NCBI GenBank assembly: GCA_965644315.1
Contig: CBFFRQ010000078.1
Coordinates: forward strand, 1-64,000
DNA: 64,000 nt
Origin: Caecitellus pseudoparvulus
Lineage: Eukaryota; Protista; Bigyra: Bicosoecida
Direction: 5' to 3'
Part shown: positions 1 through 9,000 of the stretch, piece by piece
Numbering within the stretch: position 1 is the stretch's first letter
Layout of the letters: every line of letters begins with the position of its first letter
Translations under genes and position numbers: made by a program
Notes under the pieces: generated by a model
What the model saw: only the letters and a program-made list of their open reading frames with translations
Databases searched by the model: none
What the model was told of the DNA's origin: nothing

Positions 1-3000
1 GTGTCTGTTTCCGCTGAGAGCGCCGGAGATTTGCCACCGTTCCAACTAGTTGTGAGCAGTACGACTACCTCTGGTCCCAGCGGGTCTGACCGTGTGTCTT
101 CCATCACAACTCCAGCAGTTGTCTACAGAGTTCATGCACCGAACCTTGCAATCGATGCTCGATCTGATAATGTGACGACTTTCTCCAATGAAGTCGTAGT
201 TGGCTCCCTCGTAGAAGTGTTTTCTTTGAAGACTTTTGCCGAAGGAACGACCTCGGCAGCGAACATCTCAGTTTCCTGGGCAAATGCGAATGATGCGTTT
301 TTCTCTTTCAGCTCGCTCCTGAATGCTAGCGATGCTTTGTCGACCAGCATGCATGGAGGTGATTGGAGCTCCACTTTGGCAACAACATCAATTTCTCCAT
401 CAGTGTACGGATTCGTTGCGGATTTGGGGACTGTTATCAACGCTGACGTGAATGATAGCGTCGCAGAGTTTGTGGTTCTTTCTGCGACTGTGCGAGTGAC
501 GAACGTATCAGGAGCATTGCGACCGGGTGAGGCATTCCAACTTGCTGCTTCATTTCAGTCATCAGAAGTTTGTGATGGCTGCTTGACCGCTGTCACCAAT
601 CTAACTGTCAAAGAGCCAGTCCTCTCCTTCGGAGCCTTCTCCCCTGGGGCTTTGTTAGGCGTTAGTGCAGGGGAGTCATACAATGTGTCTGTACCTCTGT
701 CCAACGCACTTGGCTCCGCTGACGCGTTCAGCGTGGCAATCTTTGACCGTGGTCTTGCAAGTGCCCAGTATGACGTTTCGCACGTGTATGCTGACGGTGT
801 TTTGGTTCTTGATCGGTCTTCGGAGGTCAGCTTCGATGTTCTGGGCACGGAGTGGATTGCTGGGAACGCTGATGGAGTGGCAGACTTTTCTGATGCAGCT
901 CTACTACCCCATCTTTCCCTGGGCCAATCGGTGTTGCTGACGTTCACCATCCAAGTGAACCCACTTGCATCAAGCACTGACGGATTCGCAGTTGACTTGG
1001 GTGCGGTAGTCGCAAGCTACCCAAGCGTGCAGTGGGCACATAACCTGACATTTGATGCTAACACAGTGGTGCCTGCAACCTTTGGACTTCCCCCTCTGAG
1101 TCCGATCATCAATGTCGACGGTGTGTCAAACGCAAGCGAGGCTGCCGTAGGTTCTGAAGTTCAAGTGGTCATTCCGCTTCAGTTTCCACTTGGTTCTTTA
1201 TCGGAGGCGAATCTTACCATTCGTTTGAGTCCCATGTTACCTTCCTCCTTGTCCATGTCAAAGATCATTGGAGGCTTTCACCTTCAGTCAGTCAGTGGCG
1301 CGGCAGGTGTCACCTTGTCAGGGACGCTTCCAGGTGTGTCCTCGGTTCGGGCACTCTCCACCGTAAACTCAACACACGGCACAGCTTTCCTAGCATTCCA
1401 AAATGTCACCAATGATGCTGCACTAGGTGGAAGCATCAGCGGTGACCCCCTTCTTCTGACATTTTCTGCCTATGTTGCGGATACTCCAAGCGTCAGCGAA
1501 GGGGTTGCCTTCGGTGGGTTCATCGAGTTTGTCACCCCGTTCATGACTGTCAACTCATCTCTGTCTCAGGTCACCATTCGCGAGCCGCAACTGTCGAACG
1601 TCTCATTGATTGTTCACAATGGAGCTAGCCAGATTCAATATTTGAACGCTGGAGATTCAGTTGCGTTCACGGCTGAGGTGCGCCATGCACCCGCAAGCTC
1701 ATGGGACTGCTTTGGTGTCCAGGTTGTGGACTCGTGGCTTGCAACATCTTCGGCTGCATCTACCGTGCCGTCTTCCATTCCAGCAGCACAACGGTTGCTG
1801 TACCAAGCTACCTCTGCGTCGTGGGATGCAGTAGCAAGTACTCTGACAGCAGCTGGCGCTGGAGTGCTTATTGAGTCAGCCGTGCTGCCTTTGGCCTCAA
1901 GTCATGCGGAATTGAACTTCAGCATCGTCATCGCGCCTGCCTCTGAAGCGGCAGCCAGTGCATGGCCCGCGCAGACGCTGCAGCTGGAGTACTTCTCGCA
2001 CCCAAACACTACGCGGGCCAGGCGATACACGGCGATCATTGACCCTGCAGCTTCTGTGCAGGAACTGCGCATGGCTGCCCCTGCTGCACAGGTCAGTGCA
2101 GAGGGCTCAGTGCATGCTGGCAACGGAGACGGCGCTCCAACGATCGCGCCAGGAACTTCTGCTGCTTGGACGTTGAGTCTGCAGCTTCCTCTTGCAACAA
2201 TTGAAGGTGCCGAGTTCTCCCTTGACCTTGTCGGGGCAGATGGTTTCTTCGATACGTTGGAGGCGGCTGCGCTCACATTTGTGCCTGCAGCTGTGCCAAG
2301 TGCAGCTTCGCCTTCATCTGTGGCAGGCTTGGCTCCCCCGTCCGTGGACGTGGTCCAAGTCCACTTGCCGACTTCAGCAGCAGCTGGTGTCGATGGCTTT
2401 GTTGGTTCCACAGCAGATGTCGTGAGCTTCGTCACAAGTGGCGGGGTTCCGCCCACGGCCTCTGAGCTCCATTTGAACAGCACCCATGCTTTACTGGGCC
2501 CCGCTGCGTGGCGCATCGGCAACGAGCTGGCAGGGCTGTACTCCCCTGTCCCTGCTGCTGCGCCGGCCACGGGCGGGTCAGGAGCGCCGGTGGTACTCAA
2601 CCTCACAATCACAGCCACTGCTACAACCGCAAGTCAAGTCGCTCGTGGCGTGAGCAGCAGCGGGAGTGTGCGATTCGCTGGTTCTAGTGGCACTTTCCCG
2701 GCATTTGAGATGAGCTTGCCTCCGTTGACTGTTGTGGAGCCGACGGTGCAAGCTCCGTCATTCTCACCTTTGGCAGTCGCAGATGTAGATGCAGGCGATG
2801 AAGTGACTTTCTCCACCACCATCGAGCACTCTCCCGTGAGCGACTCCATTGCCCACACCATTGAGCTGTTTGATAGGAGTTTAGTGCATGGAAAGGTGGA
2901 CTACATCACGCTCTCTGGGGCATCTGTGACCTCGGAAGTTATCCACGCACGAGCCTACGACCTGCGCAGGGTTGTGGTGGGAGGCGAGGTGCAGTACGAC

Positions 3001-6000
3001 GCAGCTCTTGGGCTGGACCCGTACGGCTTGGCGGCATCCTCAGTCAACTCTGGCCTGTGGGGTGTCATTAGCAACATAACCCTGGGGCAGACTGTTCCGG
3101 TCTCCATGACTGTGCGGCTTTGGGAAGGTGTTGCAGCGGCGACAGCTGTTCGCCCCCAGTTCAACGTGACTTGGTACTCCAGCCCGGTGAAGTCCGCAGC
3201 GCGTGCCTACTGGGTTCCTGCAGCTGCAGATCCGGTGATCGGCGTGCAGGCTCCAGCTGTTGCCGTCCAGCGCAGCACAGATGACTCGACTGTGCTGGAT
3301 GCGGAGGCTGCTGTGGGTGCACTTGTATCTTGGGACATTGAAGTGGCACTGCCTGAAGGTGTCTCCACTGGCGTGGTCGTTGCCTTCAACTTGTCTTCCC
3401 TGCTTCCTCCTGGGGTCAGTGCAGCTGCGACCAACGGGCCTCTCTTGGCTGATGTCCAGGTCGTGTCTGTTCAGGCCAGTCCAGGCGGCATTGGGCTTAT
3501 CGAAGTGAACGCTACAGGATGTGCAGGTGTGGCACTTGCAGACCAGGGGGTCATGTCTGGGCCGACCTTCCCCGCTCTTGCGGCAGCTGCAACAGTATCC
3601 GCTGCTGAACAGTTGGCGGGCCACGAGATCATGGTCCGTATCCCCATGTGCTCTGTGCAGAACAAGGACGACGTCAACTCCATCAGCCAAGCCATGCAGA
3701 TTCGCCTGCAGGGCCACGTTGATGGCCGCATTCTGCCCTTGACTACGTCTTTGAATGGCGCCACCATCGCTGGCGCTGTTCGGGTGCTGAGTGATGCGGT
3801 TCCAGAACCGAGTGCTCCAGTCAATGCCAGCGCCGGTGTGATCGCGGGAGCAAACGTCGTACCCAGTGCGGCTAATTTGACTGCTGCCATCCCCAGCACC
3901 AGAGTCGTGGAGCCAAGGCTGGAGATCGTAAGCGTGAACAACACCGAAAGCGCTGGGGTGGCGGGCGACGTCATCGACACAACCATTCGGGTGTCCCACG
4001 AAGCCTCCTCGGAAAGCACTGCCTTCCACACTCGTCTCCTCGACACAAACCTGCAGGCTGGGGCCATTTCAGACAGGCTGTACCAGCCACTGTCCCTGGT
4101 CTCGATGGGCAACGAACTTCTGTCCCCTGTTGCGGCGCTGGCATCAGCCTCGGCTTTCTCCAGTGGGAACGGCGAGCTGCTCCCTGTGGGCATGTCGCTG
4201 TCAACGAGCGGCGCCCCTGAACTCACCACGACTGACGGACAAGGCGACCTCGTGTACTCGTGGAAGCTACTGGAAGGTGTTGTGCCGCAGCTGACTGTGG
4301 CTCCTGAGCTGTCTGTGCGCTTCAGCACACACAAGGACCCCGCCAACATCTATGCCCGAGAGCTTGGCCCTGTGGGACTGACCCCAGCACAGGACGCTGC
4401 CACGCATGTGCAGCAGGGCACGCTTCTTCAGGTCCTTGACGTAGGAACGATTGTCGACCCCGACGATGCATCTGCCAGTGAAGGTGCCTCAATTGTTGGA
4501 AGCCCAGGCGCCGTACCAGTGGTGCATGGGCAAGCTCTTCAAACCACTGTGACCCTCAGTGTGCCGCTTGGCACGTTGCCCAATGTGACGGCAGCTATCC
4601 CGCTGCACCCAACTCCGGGGGCCGTGGCAAACCCATCTTTGGTAGCTGTGGTTGCATCTGCAGTGGACCCGGTGACAGGTAACATAAGCAATGTGTCCCC
4701 CCTGGTGCAACTCAGAGACTGTCCACCAGGTGTTCTACTGAATGATGCAGCCTTTGGTGCACTGGGCGATTTACTACCTTCGGCTGTGAGCCTGGCAGGG
4801 AGCACCGCAGGCATGAGCCTGTGCACTCTCGTCGCAGTCCCAGCTCAAGATGTGACTGGCCGATCCATCGGGCCGCTGGCAGGGGCGAAGTCTCTGAACC
4901 TGACACTTGTTTTGAAGACGACAGTGGCTGGGACAGGTGCGGGTGTTTTGCCTCCGCTTGCAGAGGTTGGTGCGTCTCCTGTGTCAGCTGGTTTTGCTGA
5001 GGCCGTGTCTGGAAGTCTTGCCCCAGCTGGAAGTGCTCTGTCGCTGACTCCTGGTGTTGCAGCAGGTGCTGCGTCAGTTTCGTTGGTCGTGGCTGAGCCC
5101 GTGCAAGCCCAGCCAGTGCTGATCAGCGGCGCAAACTTCACGGCGGATGCTGGAGATCTTGTGTCCTTCTCTGTACGTGTTGGGCATGATCCCTCTGGCA
5201 GCACTGCAGCGAGTGCTTATTCTGTGCTGCTTTCAGACTCGCTATTGACTGGCAACGCTTACAGGCTAGTTGGTGCAACTGTCAACGGGAGTGACGTGCT
5301 TGCTGTCACAAAAGCCCAGGGACCCCATGCTGTCGTGCTGCTGGACGTTTTACACCCTTGGTCTTCAGTGAACTTGACATGGACAGTGGAGCTGACTGGC
5401 GCAGTCAATGCCAGTGACCTCTTTGTGCCAGCGCTTGAGATGACCTGGAGATCTCACCCAACATCTCCTGATGCAAAGCAGTTCGCGAGCTCCTCTTTCG
5501 TGTCCAACTCCGTTTGGCCGGCGCTGTTCAGCGGTCAGGAAGCACTGAACATATCTGTACCGTCGGTACGAGTTTTGAACATGACGGTTCATTCAACAGG
5601 CATTGTGTCACCCGAGAACGGAACCGTGTACGCAGCGGCTGGAGAGCAGCTGGACTTTGCGGTCAGTGTTGTGCTTCCTGAGGGTCACACAGATGGAGTT
5701 CTGGTGAATATCACTTCAGGCTTCAACTCTTCTGTGTTCTTCCCGAGCAGCCCGAATATTTCTCACGAAGTTCGGCCTGGTCTTCACGTCCTTGGTCTAT
5801 GTGATGGCTCGCACCACCACTCAGACCTTGTCAGCGAGGTGCTTTCTGCGCCAACAGGGAGGTGGATTGCCTTCCGGACGTGCAGGCTGTACAACACTGA
5901 CAGGGACAATGCGGTTGAAGACGTTGTAGTGTTCGGGATATCCGGATACGCTATTGAAGGTGGCGGAGACTCTGCCCTCGAAGTGAGCGTCACAGGGCCA

Positions 6001-9000
6001 ACGCAAGAGAGTGCCGCACCTGGTCCAGGTCTCATAGTTGCCCCAGTACTCGCTCTGACCCTTTCCGAAAACATAAGCACTTCAGCTGTGTCCACTCTGC
6101 AAGAGTACGCTGTTACATTAGTCGCAGAGGCCTCCACGTCGCAGCGATCTGCAGACGCGCGCGATGTTGAGCTGTCAGTGGTTGTCGTGCATGGATCAAC
6201 TGGTTCGTCTGGCTTGCCAGTACCTGCACTCAATGGGGCAGGTATTTCGGCCTCTGAGTGGTCTTTTGAAGCAACGGAGGATGTGGCCTTGGACACGATG
6301 ACTTCCTTACTCGGTGGCACACGTGAGGCAAGGGACACCTTGGTTTCGCTTGCCGCAGGTGCTGGACGCACTGGCCGGCGCCTGCAAGGTTCCACATTTG
6401 ACGTTGTATCAGTAAGGGTCCCGCTTATGGTTGATGCGGATGTTCTTCAGAGTGTGTTCACGTATGCCGTGCCGGAGCGTACGCCGCCAGGCACAATCGT
6501 GCAGCACCTCGTTGCGCTCTCTTGGTCAGGCCTGCCATCCCAGCTGGCTGTTATCGGAGCGCAGCCTTCAGTGCTTCAGCGCCTTTCTGGTTTGGAGGTG
6601 CTCGTGACGTGCGATGCATGGCATTCCTGCAGTGGAAATGGTGCTTGCCTGCCCAGCAACATGACCACCGGCGACCGTGTCGGCACAGTTGAGGTGCCTC
6701 TTGCTGGAATCGCATTAGATGGCGGGAAATCATATGCAATCAGCAGTCAATGTGTCTGCAAGACTGGCTGGACTGGTTCTTCCTGCTGCTTTTGCGACCC
6801 TAACGTTCCTGAAGAGGACACATGCAACGGGCAAGGTTCCTGCGCAGGCTACGGTGCCAGCGTGTGGGGAATCGCTCAAGGTGGACAATGCGAGTGTCGC
6901 GATGCGGTGTCCGGCCCGAGCATGGACCCATTCTGCCGTGGAGAGCGGTGCAGTGACGCTCCAGAGGCGTGTAGCACCGGTAAGTGTGCAATGGATTGCC
7001 TCGTCGGGCCGTGGGGGAACTTTACTGCTGATGTCTCGAACTCCTCTGGGCTCCTCAGTGGAAACATGACTCGCAGACGCGAAATATTGTTGCCAGTGGC
7101 ATACGGCGGCGCTCCCTGTGTCGAACCGTTGTTCGAGACAGTGCCTTGCACACTCCCTGTTTGCATCGAGCGACCGGCGGCTGCTGCCGCGCAGGAAGCT
7201 TGCGATGCATCCGCTACTGGCTTCCGCATCTCAGCCTCTCTCCCACTGGATGTCTCTGCGCAGCAACTCGCTTCCACAATTTCGATCATTTTGGTCATGC
7301 TGCTCTTTTTGGCGCTTGTGTGGGTTTGGATGCTCCGCTCTGGGTGGCTGGCTCGCTTTGCCGTGCGCGAGTGGCATGTCCCTGCTCTTGAGCGCATCAG
7401 GTCTCGAGCCCTGAACATGCTACAGCTGTACAGCGGCAAGCAACTTCCTAAGAAGCTTCACCAAGTCCTGGATGCCATGCAGTCAGTGAAAGCAACAGCG
7501 CCAGACAGTGACTCAGAGCAAGACAGCGATGAAGAAGGTGCGTCTGCAGTCACTCCGCAAGCTGTACAGCGAAGCCATGCAGTGAAGCAGTCGCTTTCCA
7601 TCGAAACCGAGAAGCCTGATGACTCTGGAGTTTCCCACGGCAGCAATGATGCTGAGGTTCGCAGCAACGCAGTCTTGGGGCAAAACTCGTCTGCTAGTTA
7701 CCTTCCACCACAGCTTTGGATGAATTGGCGCAACGTGCTGATCGTGTGCTTGCTCGCCACTGACGGCATCATGAGTGTCGCTCCTCTCTTCATGGAGCAG
7801 GTGCCCTGGCTTCCGTACATTCCCACGAAAGCAGTTGCGCGGCTGTTCTCTTTGTCTGTGGTGAAGTACTTGCCCCTCTACTCCCTCTTCTATGTTTCTT
7901 TTGCCCTTATTATCCTTGCGCTCGCACTCATTCTTCCCATGCACCGGCAATGGCGCGAGGATGAAGTTCGTAAGCTTGGGAAGCACTCGCGGTCTTCCCC
8001 CAAGAAGACTGCCAAGGTTGCGCCGCTTGCCCAACCATCGTCACCCCAACAGCAAGATCAGCCGGTGGTCGGGCACACCGCTGAGCTTGAGGACGAAAAG
8101 CCTGGCCCATTCACAATCGCGCCGTTGTCTCGTGAAGCCCCAGAGGAGCCAAAGCAGGAGACGCCTCCTGCCTTGGCAGACGAGCCACAGAGAAAACGAG
8201 GTGCTTTGGCACCCTTGCGCCCACTTGGGCACAAAAGGCCTGGTGCTGCGAGTGCTGCACATCCTCCAGGCGGTGAACCACATGCTGAGGTGCGCTTTGG
8301 CGCACAAACTGTCCTGGCTTCACCCCGTAAGCCCAATGGGAAAGTTGATGAAGTCCAGCGAGAAGAACCGACGAGCGTGAGCAAGGCGCCCGACGCACAG
8401 ACACAGGCACGGACAGGAGACAGCCAAGTTTCGCATGCGGTCAGCTTGACCCCCGTTCGCCGAGATGAGTTTGGGGAGCCCGTGCTCTCGGCACAGCAGG
8501 AACACCACGTTGCATACAAGACCACATGGTACCATGGGTCCATCCCTTTCTTGCTATATGCTGCAGGCACCGTCTTGCTCATGCCGATGTACGTCATTCT
8601 GTTGCAGCCTTTCACATGCGGCTTCCCCTTTGGTGGATATTCTGAAGATGCTGTTGGCAACTGCCTCCCTGAGCCGTGCTGGGGCAACTTGCACATTTTG
8701 ATGGCTGTCCTGTCTGCTGTCTTGCTTGCTCTGTTGGGGCACCTGCTGTTTGTCTGGCTACCCCACCGAATGTTCCACGATCGACCACTTGAGGAACACC
8801 GCGATATGGAAGGTGTCCTCGCATACATTCTCGCAAGAAGGGCCCACTCCGTTTCGGGCAGCCCGCTCGTCCCTCTGGATGAAGGCTTCGATATGAAGCT
8901 GGTCGCTTTCAACCCTCGCAAGTTGACGAACGAGCGGCTGGTAGCCTCGCTGAGGCGGTGGGTCCACAACTTTGAAGCTCACCCAATGCTCCCCTTCTTC

